Assembly (NCBI GenBank): GCA_044229975.1
Contig: JBGARZ010000002.1
Location: forward strand, 864,001 to 928,000
Reading direction: 5' to 3'
DNA length: 64,000 bases
Source of the DNA: Polyangiales bacterium
GTDB lineage: Bacteria > Myxococcota_A > Polyangia > Polyangiales > Ga0077539
This document shows positions 9,314-19,012 of the stretch, one piece after another. Each line of letters opens with the position of its first letter. The first letter of the stretch is position 1. Position numbers and translations under genes: made by a program. The notes under the pieces were generated by a model, which saw only the letters and a list, made by a program, of their open reading frames with translations, was not told the DNA's origin and ran no database searches.

Positions 9314-10246
9314 TCACTCGGCGGGCAGTCCTCGCAGCGCGCGGTCGTGGAAGAGCAGCATCTCCACGCCCCCGACGCCGCGGTTGAAGACGTAGTCGTG
9401 AGGCCCCGCGAGCACACGCAGGTCGTGGTCGACGCCGCGCAACCGCAGCGCCTCGTCGAGCGCGGCGACGTCGCGGCGGTACACGTCGCCGCGAGACGTC
9501 ACCAGGCGCATCCGCTGCGGCGGGCGTGACGGCGAAGCGGTATAGCGGGCGAGCACCCGGTCGAGGCGGCCGCGCACCGCGGGCTGCAACGCGCCCACGA
9601 CACCGAACACCTCCGGGTGGGCGAAGCCGATCTCCAGGGCGTGCAGACCGCCGAGGGAGACGCCGTCGATGCCCGTCGCCAGGCGCTCGCCACGCACTGG
9701 GAGCTCCCGGCGGGCGCGAGCGACGAGCGTCTCCACGAGCCAGCGGTCGAAGCCCGCTTGAAGGACGCCCGCGTCGGGCGAGAGCACGTCGGGCGTGAAG
9801 GGAGCGACCACCACCACGCCCTGGTAGGGACGCGCTGCGAGGTCGCGTCGGAGCTGCTCGAAGCGCGCCGGGTCGAGCTGCCCGAGGAAGGCTTCGCGAC
9901 GCAGCGACGGCCGTCGGAGCTCATGGTCCGACGCGCCGAGCTCGTAGTCGCGGGGCCACCCGAAGGCGCCGCGCTCGACCCCGCGCAGCGTCTCGCCCCA
10001 GCCGTGGAGCGCGACGAGCAGCGGCAGGCGCTCACCGGGTCTCATCTGCGCGGGAAGCATCACGACGGCGCGCATGGCCCCGACCGGCGTACGGGGAAAA
10101 TCCCAGACGACGGTGCGGAGCGAGGAGGGTCGGGTCGGGGATTGAGCGAGGGCGAGGAGTCGGGAGAGGACGATCAGCCCGACGCCCACCGCGAGGGCGA
10201 GGAGCGTCGGGGCGCTGATCTGCGCGCGGCGGCGGCGCGCTCGCAT
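9314..10246 (-). CDS. Membrane-anchored alpha/beta-hydrolase (esterase)
   Basis: N-terminal TM, LHGWG, nucleophile elbow GVSLGG, C-terminal GPHD His. Confidence 0.85.
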   Translation of the reverse strand: MRARRRRAQISAPTLLALAVGVGLIVLSRLLALAQSPTRPSSLRTVVWDFPRTPVGAMRAVVMLPAQMRPGERLPLLVALHGWGETLRGVERGAFGWPRDYELGASDHELRRPSLRREAFLGQLDPARFEQLRRDLAARPYQGVVVVAPFTPDVLSPDAGVLQAGFDRWLVETLVARARRELPVRGERLATGIDGVSLGGLHALEIGFAHPEVFGVVGALQPAVRGRLDRVLARYTASPSRPPQRMRLVTSRGDVYRRDVAALDEALRLRGVDHDLRVLAGPHDYVFNRGVGGVEMLLFHDRALRGLPAE

Positions 10247-10252
10247 GACCGG

Positions 10253-12625
10253 TTAGAGGCCCCGGCAGGCCCCGAACACGCACACCTGCCGCATCGGGCA
10301 GGCGCGGCCGCAGGCGCCGCAGTTGGCGGGATCGAAGTTGGTGTTGATGCACCGCCCCCCGCAGTTGGTGTTCTGCGGGGGGCAGCTGCACGTGCCGCCG
10401 ATGCAGCTCTGCGTGGCCGGGCACGCGCGGCCGCAGGCGCCGCAGTTGGCCGCGTCGTTGTTGGTGTTGATGCACCGGCCACCGCACGCCGAGAGCGGCG
10501 CGGGGCAGGCGCAGGCCCCGCCGCGGCAGTCGAAGGTCGCCGGGCAGGTGCGGCCGCAGGCGCCGCAGTTGGAGGGGTCGTTGTTGGTGTTGATGCACCG
10601 GCCGCTGCACGACGAGAGCGGCGCGTTGCAGGTGCACCGGCCGCCCACGCACGCCTGCGTGGCGGGGCACGCGTTGCCGCAGCCGCCGCAGTCGAGCGGC
10701 GAGCTGTTGATGTCCACGCAGAACCCGCTGCACAGCACCGTCGAGCCGGGGCAGGCGCAGCGGCCGCCCATGCAGGGCGTGCCCGCGGGGCAGGCCGTCC
10801 CGCAGCCGCCGCAGTTGCGCGGATCGGTCTGGACGTCGACGCAGCTCGCGCCGCAGGCGGTGCGCGGCGCCATGCAGGTCATCATCATCTGGCAGACGCC
10901 CGCGGTGCAGGTCGCGCCCGCGCTGCACGCGTTGCCGCACATGCCGCAGTTGGCGGGGTCGCTCTGGGTGTCGATGCAACGCCCCGAGCAGGTCGAGCGC
11001 GGCGGCGGGCACGGCGAGCCGCACACGCCGTTGATGCACACCGCGCTACCGGCGCAGGCATTGCCGCAGCCGCCGCAGTTGGACGGGTCGGTCAGCGGGT
11101 CGGTGCAGCCGGAGCCGCACTCGACCTGCGGGGCCATGCAGCGCGAGGTGCACGCCCCGGCGACGCACATGCTGCCCGACGGGCACGCGTTGCCGCAGCG
11201 GCCGCAGTTGTTGGTGTCGACGAGCGGGTTGACGCAGGCGCCCGAGCAGGAGATCTGCGGGGCGTCGCACGCGGTGCCGATGCAGGTGCCGCCCGCGCAC
11301 ATCTCGCCGGTGGCGCAGCGGCGGCCGCAGGCGCCGCAGTTGCGCGGGTCGTTGACGATGTCGGTGCAGCCCGTCGAGCAGATGGTGCGCGGCGGCATGC
11401 AGCCGGGCGGGAACCCGCAGCGGCCGAGGAGGCAGATCTGACCCGACCCGCAGCGCGTGCCGCAGGCGCCGCAGTTGGAGGGGTCGATGCGGAAGTCGGT
11501 GCAGCCGCCGTTGCACTCCACGAGCGGCGTGTTGCAGCGCGCCTGGCAGCTCCCGAAGGAGCAGAGCTCGCCCGGTCCGCAGCGGTTGCCGCACGAGCCG
11601 CAGTTGTTGGGGTCGTTGAGCGTGATGACGCAGGTGCCGCCGCAGCGCGCGAGCGGCGTCGGGCACGTGAAGGTGCAGGTGCCGAGACCGCAGGCCGCGC
11701 CGGCGGGGCACACGTTGCCGCAGCGGCCGCAGGCGCTGGGGTCGTTCTGGAGGTTTACGCAGCGGTCGCCGCAGAGGACGTTGGGCGCCGGGCAGTCGGT
11801 GCGGCAGGCGCCGGCGAAGCAGGTCTGCCCCGCAGCGCAGGCGCGGCCGCAGGCGCCGCAGTTGGCGGTGTCGACCTGCGGGTTGACGCAGCGGCCCGCG
11901 CAGTTGAGGAGCCCTTCGTCGCAGACGCTGGAGCAGCTCCCAGAGGTGCAGAGCGTGTCGGCGCTGCAGGCGCGACCGCAGGCGCCGCAGTTGGCGCGGT
12001 CTTCACGGAGGTTGACGCAGGTGCGGCCGCAGAGGGACTGACCCGGCGGGCAGATGGCCTGGCACGACCCGCCGATGCAGCTCTGCTCGGAGGGGCAGGC
12101 GATGCCGCAGCCGCCGCAGTTGAAGCGGTCGGCCGAGAGGTCGACGCAGGCGCCCGCACAGTCGGTGAGGGGCATGAGGCAGGTGGGCACGCAGACGCCC
12201 ATCGAGCAGCGGCCCGAGCCGCAGTTGACGCCGCACATCCCACAGTTGTTGGGGTCGCCGAGGCGGTCGACGCAGACGCCGCCACAGAGCACGAGCGGCT
12301 CGCTGCACACCGGCGGCATGTCGATCGGGGGGAAGTCGGGCGTCGGGCCATCGTCCGGGATGTCGAAGATGGGGAAGTCCGGGGTCGGACCGTCATCCGG
12401 GATGTCGAAGCCGGGGTTGTCGGGGGGAAAGGGGACGTCCGGAAACTGGATGTCCGGCGTGCTGCCATCGGGCACATCGACCGGAACGATGTTCTCGTTC
12501 TGCTGGACATCGGGACGGAAGGCCGAGTCCGGGTCGTAGTCCCCGTCGAGCTCCGAGCGACCACAGCCCGTCACCGCGAGGGCGACGAGCACACAACCGA
12601 GACTGGCGATCCGTAGATGGCGCAT
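10253..12625 (-). CDS. Cys-rich repeat lipoprotein (16 x DPxNCGxCGxxC-type units; MXAN_6577/STIG1-like)
   Basis: SD GGAGG before ATG 12625, lipobox VTGC, Asp/Pro linker, 16 tandem ~41-44 aa 8-Cys units. Confidence 0.9.
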   Translation of the reverse strand: MRHLRIASLGCVLVALAVTGCGRSELDGDYDPDSAFRPDVQQNENIVPVDVPDGSTPDIQFPDVPFPPDNPGFDIPDDGPTPDFPIFDIPDDGPTPDFPPIDMPPVCSEPLVLCGGVCVDRLGDPNNCGMCGVNCGSGRCSMGVCVPTCLMPLTDCAGACVDLSADRFNCGGCGIACPSEQSCIGGSCQAICPPGQSLCGRTCVNLREDRANCGACGRACSADTLCTSGSCSSVCDEGLLNCAGRCVNPQVDTANCGACGRACAAGQTCFAGACRTDCPAPNVLCGDRCVNLQNDPSACGRCGNVCPAGAACGLGTCTFTCPTPLARCGGTCVITLNDPNNCGSCGNRCGPGELCSFGSCQARCNTPLVECNGGCTDFRIDPSNCGACGTRCGSGQICLLGRCGFPPGCMPPRTICSTGCTDIVNDPRNCGACGRRCATGEMCAGGTCIGTACDAPQISCSGACVNPLVDTNNCGRCGNACPSGSMCVAGACTSRCMAPQVECGSGCTDPLTDPSNCGGCGNACAGSAVCINGVCGSPCPPPRSTCSGRCIDTQSDPANCGMCGNACSAGATCTAGVCQMMMTCMAPRTACGASCVDVQTDPRNCGGCGTACPAGTPCMGGRCACPGSTVLCSGFCVDINSSPLDCGGCGNACPATQACVGGRCTCNAPLSSCSGRCINTNNDPSNCGACGRTCPATFDCRGGACACPAPLSACGGRCINTNNDAANCGACGRACPATQSCIGGTCSCPPQNTNCGGRCINTNFDPANCGACGRACPMRQVCVFGACRGL

Positions 12626-12770
12626 GGACTCCCCTCCTGCTGGGAGTAAAGGGTGAAACCCCGCGCGAGAATGGCGACAAACCATCACAAAGCCCGCGCG
12701 TTGCGGCGGGGACTATGCGCCAACACCCCATGGAGCGTAAAGCGACTGCGTGGCTCGTCTCCGCCCTCGC

Positions 12771-15626
12771 ATGACCCCTTCCACGCGGCCCGCGTGCCTC
12801 ACCATTCTCCTCGCGACCTGCCTCGCGTTTCCCTCCGCGGTCGGGGCCCAATGCCGCGTGTCGCCGGGGGTGGAGGGCGAGCTGTCGACGTGGCGCGTTC
12901 GGCCCGGCGTGCGCGTCGGACCCATCGCCGCGCGGCCTACGCTCCGCGCCGTCCTCAACGCCGCGCTCGACCGCGCCGTCGCCACCATTGCCCCACCCGA
13001 CGCCCCAGGTTGGCGCGCCGCCGCGAGCGACGACACCTATCTTGAGCTCGGCCCCGTCGTCGGTGGTCGCGGCGCTCGATCAGCGCACGCGTCGGTGCAG
13101 CTCGACGCCTCGACGGCCGGTGATCGCTGGCTCTTCCTCGGCAGCGACGACGCGCTCGCCGTTCATCTCGACGGCCGCGAGATCTACCGCCGGGCGCAGC
13201 CGCGACGCTCGCGCGAGGACGATGACATGGTGCGCCTGCCGCTCACCGCGGGCGCCCACACGCTCACGGTCACGCTCGTCTCGCGCGGCGACCTCGACCT
13301 CTTCGCGCGCATCACCGGCGACACCTTCCGGCCCGACCCCACGCTCACCATCACCCTGCCCGCCGTCGACGCCGCCGCTTGCGAAGCGCTCGCCGCCCGC
13401 AGCCTGCACGCCACCTTCGCTCGCTCGCCCGTCGCGGAGGGCACCCGCGTCGACGTGGCGCTCTCCTTCCCCGGCGGCACCGCCGTGCCCGCGTCGCGCG
13501 CCCGCTCGGTGTCGCTCGGTGCACCCGATGTCGCCGCCATCGAGGCGCCGCTCTCCCTCGCCGACGCGTCCGCCCGCCCGCTCGACCTCACCCTCGTCGT
13601 GCCCGCCTCAGGCTCTCGCGTGGTCACTCTCCGCGTCGACGGCGCGACGCGCGACGCGCGGGTGTTCGTCGACCCGACCGTGCGCGCGGCCCTGCTCGAC
13701 GCACGCTCGACGCTCCCTCCGCTCGACGCCTCCTTCGGCGCGACGCCCTCCCCGTGGCCGCCGCCCGCGGTGCGTGAGACCGCCACGCTCCCCGCCGACG
13801 CCATCCTCTCCGTCGAGGCCGCCGCGCTGCGCCTCGCGGGTCTCGTGTCCGTCGGCGATGGTGACCTCTCGCACCTGCGCGAAGAGGCCGCCACGCTCAC
13901 CACCATGCTCGGCGAGCTACGCGCGGGCCGCGACCCCTACGCCAGCCGCACCGGCCCCATGCGACGCGCATGGCGCTCGCCCCTCGACGGAACGCTCCAG
14001 GAGTTCTCGCTCTACGTTCCGCCCCGCTATCGAGCGGGCGACCACCCGGCGCTCATCGTCGGACTGCACGGTCTGCACGGCAGCGCGCACCGGATGCTGC
14101 CCGTGCTCGTCGGCATCTACGACGAGAGCGAAGACCGCACCCGCGCCGAGCGTCACCTCCCTCCCCTCCCCGACACCAACGCCATCCTGCTCGCGCCCTA
14201 CGGCTACGGCGACGCGGGCTATCGACAGCAGGGCGAGGTCGACGTGATGGAGTCCATCGCCGCCGTCGTCGCGCGCTACGGCGTCGACCCCCGACGCGTG
14301 TACCTCACGGGGCTCTCCATGGGCGGCATCGGCGCGGCGGGCGTGGCCTTCCATCACCCCGATCGCTTCGCCGCCATCGCGCCGCTCTGCGGGTACCACA
14401 GCTATTTCGTGCGCAGCGACACGCGCACGGTGCGACGGCCGTGGGAGGTGTTCTTGATGGAGCTGCGCTCCAACGCGAACTACGCGGAGAACGGCCTGCA
14501 CCTCCCGATGTACCTCGTACACGGCACGCTCGATCGACCGACCTCCAACTCGCAGGTGCTCGTCGATCGCTACCAGGCCCTCGGCTACGACCAGCAGGTG
14601 GAGTGGCCGCCGCTCGGGCACAACGTGTGGGGCCAGACCTACGCGGGCGGCCGCATCGTCCCGCACTTCCTCCGCTACCAGCGCGACCTCGCGCCCCGTC
14701 ACGTTCGCTTTCGCACCCCTGAGCTGCGCTGGAACCGCAGCGACTGGGTCACCCTCGACGCCCTCCTCGCGCCCGGCACAACCGACGGCGCCCGCCTCGC
14801 GCGCACCGCCCGCTGGGGCGACGTCGACGCCACCGTCTCGCCCAACGGCGACGGTCGCGTCCGTACCGACGGCGTCGCCGCGCTGACGCTCGACCCACCG
14901 ACCGCACTCGTGAGCGCCGGGGTCACCGCGCTGCGCCTCGACGTCGACGGCGACCGGGTGGAGATCCCGGTCGGGCGGGCCACCTCGCTGCATCGACACG
15001 CCGGTCACTGGACCACCGGCGAGCGGGTCGCGTTGCGCGAAGGCGGGCCCATCCGCGAGGTCTTCGACCGGCCGCTGCTCTTCGTGGTGGGGACGGGAGA
15101 CGCGCGCGCGCTTCCCCTCTACGAGCGCACGGCGCGGGCTTGGTCGCGGCGCGGGGGAGTTCCGCTGCGGTACACCGTCGTGCGGGACGACAGCTACACC
15201 GAGGCCATGGGCGAGGGCCGCAGCCTCGTCCTCATCGGAACGCCCCGCGACCACCGCCTCCTCGCCCGCATGGCCGACCGCCTCCCCGTCGCGCTCGGCC
15301 CCGACGCCGTCACCGTCGGGACGCGTCGCTTCGCGGGCGCCGACGTCGGCGTGGTGTTCACCGCGGCCGACCCCGACCTGGCCTCGCGCACGGTGCTGGT
15401 GATCTCCGGTCGGTCGCCGACGGCGGTGCTGCGCTCACACTCGCTGCCCGATCTCCTGCCGTCATACGTGGTCTACGACGAGGCCGTGGCCGCCGCGCGA
15501 GGTCGGGTGCTGCTGGGCCCTGCGGCCTCGGTGCTCGCGGCGGGTTTCTTCGATGACCGCGGTCAATCCCTCGGCGACGACCGCGACCCGGTGACCTCCA
15601 ACCGCGACGCCGACGCCGACGAGTGA
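12771..15626 (+). CDS. Secreted multidomain alpha/beta-hydrolase (esterase/peptidase) with PA14-like N-terminal domain
   Basis: Signal peptide; WLFLGSDDALAVHLDG (PA14-like); GLHG, GLSMGG (Ser), HGTLD (Asp), GHNVW (His). Confidence 0.85.
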   Translation: MTPSTRPACLTILLATCLAFPSAVGAQCRVSPGVEGELSTWRVRPGVRVGPIAARPTLRAVLNAALDRAVATIAPPDAPGWRAAASDDTYLELGPVVGGRGARSAHASVQLDASTAGDRWLFLGSDDALAVHLDGREIYRRAQPRRSREDDDMVRLPLTAGAHTLTVTLVSRGDLDLFARITGDTFRPDPTLTITLPAVDAAACEALAARSLHATFARSPVAEGTRVDVALSFPGGTAVPASRARSVSLGAPDVAAIEAPLSLADASARPLDLTLVVPASGSRVVTLRVDGATRDARVFVDPTVRAALLDARSTLPPLDASFGATPSPWPPPAVRETATLPADAILSVEAAALRLAGLVSVGDGDLSHLREEAATLTTMLGELRAGRDPYASRTGPMRRAWRSPLDGTLQEFSLYVPPRYRAGDHPALIVGLHGLHGSAHRMLPVLVGIYDESEDRTRAERHLPPLPDTNAILLAPYGYGDAGYRQQGEVDVMESIAAVVARYGVDPRRVYLTGLSMGGIGAAGVAFHHPDRFAAIAPLCGYHSYFVRSDTRTVRRPWEVFLMELRSNANYAENGLHLPMYLVHGTLDRPTSNSQVLVDRYQALGYDQQVEWPPLGHNVWGQTYAGGRIVPHFLRYQRDLAPRHVRFRTPELRWNRSDWVTLDALLAPGTTDGARLARTARWGDVDATVSPNGDGRVRTDGVAALTLDPPTALVSAGVTALRLDVDGDRVEIPVGRATSLHRHAGHWTTGERVALREGGPIREVFDRPLLFVVGTGDARALPLYERTARAWSRRGGVPLRYTVVRDDSYTEAMGEGRSLVLIGTPRDHRLLARMADRLPVALGPDAVTVGTRRFAGADVGVVFTAADPDLASRTVLVISGRSPTAVLRSHSLPDLLPSYVVYDEAVAAARGRVLLGPAASVLAAGFFDDRGQSLGDDRDPVTSNRDADADE

Positions 15627-15672
15627 TCGCTGGTCCTTGCGTGCCTACATCGACTCTTGCCAGAGTGCCGGG

Positions 15673-16857
15673 ATGATTCTTCGCAATGGCTGGGTGGCGG
15701 GCGTCGTGTGTTCGGGCTTGCTGATCGGGTGTGGGGACGGCGATCGACCGACCGGTCTCACCGGCGACGGCAGCATCATGCTCAACAACCCCGACAGCGG
15801 AACCATCACGCTCCCTGACGTGGGCAGCACCGGCTTCGACATCGTGTTCGTCAACGATGGGCCCGCGCCGGACTTCGGCCCGCCCCCGGACGTGCAGCCG
15901 AGCGATCGCCAGCCGATCCAGAACGACGGGTCGTCCGACGCCACCACGCGCGACGGCCCCGAGGACGTGAGCCTCGTCGTCGACACCGGGCCCGACGCCG
16001 GGCGCACGGTGCGCAGCTTCTGCGGCTTCTCCCAGGTCGAGATGGTGCAGCTCGCGGTGCGCGCGGCGACCTGCTTCCACGAGTCGCCGCAGCGCCTGCT
16101 CGAACAGATGTACCGCCCGAGCTGGTGGGCCGACGGCATCATCCCGCGACGCCCCTGCAACGTCATCCGCGACGCCCTCGCGCAGACCGACGGGTGCAAC
16201 GGCTTCCTGGGTCGCTCGTTGAAGGTCCGCGTCGAGCCCACGGCCACGGGCACCTGTCCTTCGGACATCACCACCTGCCGCGCGGGTGACCCCGGCCACG
16301 CGCTGACCTCCTACTGCCGCAACGGCTACACCATCTCCGAGGACTGCGAAAACGTCACCGGCGGCTCCGAGTGCGTCTCGTCCACCACCACGGCCGCGTG
16401 CCGCCCGCTCGGCCCCGAGGGCGCGCCCTGCACCGCGGCGACGCCGTCGCGTTGTTACAACGGCCGCGTGCAGCAGTGCGTGGGCGACATCTTCGTCAAC
16501 CGCGCCGACTGCGACACCTCGCTCACCACCTGCGACGCGACGGCCGGCGCCTGCGTCGGCAGCGGCGCCGCCTGCACCACCGACGTCGACACGTGCAGCG
16601 GCACCAGCATCCAGCAGTGCCGCGGCGGTCGCCTGCACACCAACAACTGCGGCTTCTTCGTGCGCGACAGCACCTGCCGCAATCTGGGCGGCCACTCGTT
16701 CTGCGGCGTCGCGGCGGAGTGCGACCCGGTGTCGGCGCCCGCCGACGGAACCTGCGACGGCTCCACCCTCATCCTCTGCGCGGGCGGCATGACCACGCGC
16801 TTCAACTGCGTGAGCGCAGGCTTCGTCGGCTGCGGCGTCGGCGGCTGCACCCAATAG
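15673..16857 (+). CDS. Cys-rich lipoprotein
   Basis: Lipobox LIGC, Asp/Pro linker, Cys-rich C-terminal half. Confidence 0.82.
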   Translation: MILRNGWVAGVVCSGLLIGCGDGDRPTGLTGDGSIMLNNPDSGTITLPDVGSTGFDIVFVNDGPAPDFGPPPDVQPSDRQPIQNDGSSDATTRDGPEDVSLVVDTGPDAGRTVRSFCGFSQVEMVQLAVRAATCFHESPQRLLEQMYRPSWWADGIIPRRPCNVIRDALAQTDGCNGFLGRSLKVRVEPTATGTCPSDITTCRAGDPGHALTSYCRNGYTISEDCENVTGGSECVSSTTTAACRPLGPEGAPCTAATPSRCYNGRVQQCVGDIFVNRADCDTSLTTCDATAGACVGSGAACTTDVDTCSGTSIQQCRGGRLHTNNCGFFVRDSTCRNLGGHSFCGVAAECDPVSAPADGTCDGSTLILCAGGMTTRFNCVSAGFVGCGVGGCTQ

Positions 16858-16882
16858 CCCGACGCGGCGGTAGCATCGCCGC

Positions 16883-19006
16883 GTGATCCTCCGCCGCCTT
16901 CCCCTCTCGTTCGTCGCTCTCACCGCTCTCGTCGCCGTCGCCTGTAGTCAGGGCGAGTCGGTGGTCGGCGGCCCGACCGACGCCGGCTCGGTCGTCGACC
17001 TCGGCACCGCCGACGTGGGTTCCACCATGGACGTCGTCGATGTGCCGCCCGCCGTCGACACGCCGCCCGTGGTGGACGTCCCCGTCGACGCGCCCTTCCG
17101 CTGCACGCGCAACGAGGACTGTACGGGCCGCGCCGAGGGCGCCGTGTGCGAGGTCACGAGCGGGCGCTGCGTCGCCTGCGTGCCGACGGCAGACACCTGT
17201 CCGGCGGGGCAGTTCTGCGTGGCGGGCTCCAACACCTGCGCGCCCGGGTGCCGCAACGACGAGGGCTGCGCGGCGGGCGCGACCGACGCGGGCACCGGAT
17301 GGGGCCGACGATGCGACCTCGTCACGCGGTCCTGCGTCGACTGCCTCACCAACGACCACTGCCCCTCCGGAACGCTCTGCGTCGGCAACCTCTGCGTCAT
17401 GGGGTGCAGCGCCGAGCGGGCCTGCCCGTCGGGCCAGGCGTGCTGCACGGGGGCGTGCGTCGACACCCAGTCCAACACCGCGGCGTGCGGCGCCTGCGAG
17501 CGCCGCTGCTCCATCGCGGGCGGCTCGGCGAGCTGCCTCAACGGCATGTGCACCGTCGGCATGTGCACCGCGCCCAACGCCGACTGCGACAGCAACGCGA
17601 CCAACGGCTGCGAGACCAACACCCAGACCGACCTCGCGCACTGCGGCGGTTGCATGCGCGCGTGCCCGGTAGCCCCCAACACGACCGCGACCTGCGCGGG
17701 CGGCGTCTGCGGGTCGACCTGCCTCACGGGCTTCGCCGACTGCGACGGCGACGCGAGCAACGGCTGCGAGGTCGACACCCGCACCAGCGGCTCCCACTGC
17801 GGCGCCTGCAACCGCGGCTGCGCGCCGCCCAACGGCACCGGCGCCTGCGTCGCGAGCGTGTGCACCGTCGCCTCGTGCGCGACGGGCTTCGGCGACTGCG
17901 ACGGCAACGCGAGCAACGGCTGCGAGGTCGACACCCGCACCAACGCGTCGCACTGCGCCGCTTGCAACATGGCGTGCCCGGCGCCGGCCAACAGCGTCCC
18001 GGCGTGCGTGGGCTCCGTGTGCCTGCGCACCTGCGCGGTCGGCTTCGACGACTGTGACCTCAGCGACGCCAACGGCTGCGAGGTCAACCTCCGCACCAGC
18101 AACACCCACTGCGGCCGTTGTGGTCAGGCGTGCTCGCTCACCAACGCGAGCGCCACCTGCGTGTCGGGCACCTGCTCACTGACGATGTGCGCTGCGGGCT
18201 ACGCCGACTGCGATGCGACCGGGAGCAACGGCTGCGAGGTCGACACCCGCACGAGCACCCTCCACTGCGGCGGCTGCGCGCGGCCTTGCGTCGCCCCCGC
18301 CAACGCGAGCCCGGTGTGCCGCGAGGGGGCCTGCGGGTTCGTGTGCAACGCGGGCTACGGCGACTGCGACGGCAGCGCCGCCAACGGGTGCGAGGTCGAC
18401 CTCGCGACGAGCGTGGCGCACTGCGGGCGGTGCGCGAGCGTCTGCGCGACGGGCGTGTGCACCGGTGGCGCCTGCCAGCCCGCGCGCTGCGACGACCGCG
18501 TGCGCAACGGCACCGAGACCGACGTCGACTGCGGCGGCTCGTGCCCCGACTGCGCGCTCTGCCAGACCTGCGCGACCAACGCCGACTGCACCTCGGGGAC
18601 GTGTAGTTCCGCGGGGCGATGCACCTTCCGCACGGACGTCAGCATCCCGTGGCTCGCCTCGTGTCACGGGCCCGACAACTCGCCCGTCGATGTGGTGGTG
18701 CCGGGCGTTCCGGCGGGCGACTACCAGATCACGGCGCTCCCGAGCGGCGGCACGGTGTGGAGCGCGGTGTCGCTGCCGGTCCAGGGGTGGTTCTGGTACA
18801 TCACCTGCCAGAACCTCTCGGTCCCTGGCCTTGCCACTCCGTCGGGCACCTACTACGCGACGCCCGAGGCGGCCTTCGCGGCGCTGCCCCGCACCACGTC
18901 GACGGCGACCTTCGCGGGCGGCACGCTGACCTGCTACTTCAGCGACAGCGCCTGCGCCGACAACCGCGGCAGCGTCCGCTTCACGATGGAACGCACCTGC
19001 CCCTGA
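16883..19006 (+). CDS. Cys-rich repeat lipoprotein with six DCDxxxxNGCE units and a C-terminal globular domain
   Basis: Lipobox AVAC, Asp-periodic linker, 6 DCD..NGCE repeats, NGTETDVDCGG motif, Cys-poor C-terminal domain. Confidence 0.88.
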   Translation: MILRRLPLSFVALTALVAVACSQGESVVGGPTDAGSVVDLGTADVGSTMDVVDVPPAVDTPPVVDVPVDAPFRCTRNEDCTGRAEGAVCEVTSGRCVACVPTADTCPAGQFCVAGSNTCAPGCRNDEGCAAGATDAGTGWGRRCDLVTRSCVDCLTNDHCPSGTLCVGNLCVMGCSAERACPSGQACCTGACVDTQSNTAACGACERRCSIAGGSASCLNGMCTVGMCTAPNADCDSNATNGCETNTQTDLAHCGGCMRACPVAPNTTATCAGGVCGSTCLTGFADCDGDASNGCEVDTRTSGSHCGACNRGCAPPNGTGACVASVCTVASCATGFGDCDGNASNGCEVDTRTNASHCAACNMACPAPANSVPACVGSVCLRTCAVGFDDCDLSDANGCEVNLRTSNTHCGRCGQACSLTNASATCVSGTCSLTMCAAGYADCDATGSNGCEVDTRTSTLHCGGCARPCVAPANASPVCREGACGFVCNAGYGDCDGSAANGCEVDLATSVAHCGRCASVCATGVCTGGACQPARCDDRVRNGTETDVDCGGSCPDCALCQTCATNADCTSGTCSSAGRCTFRTDVSIPWLASCHGPDNSPVDVVVPGVPAGDYQITALPSGGTVWSAVSLPVQGWFWYITCQNLSVPGLATPSGTYYATPEAAFAALPRTTSTATFAGGTLTCYFSDSACADNRGSVRFTMERTCP

Positions 19007-19012
19007 CGGGCC

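Noticed and set aside
9617..12616. 999-aa Ala/Gly/Arg-rich ORF and Pro/Gln-repeat ORFs (10323, 11457)
   Set aside because: Antisense translations of the Cys-repeat lipoprotein; their repeats only mirror it.
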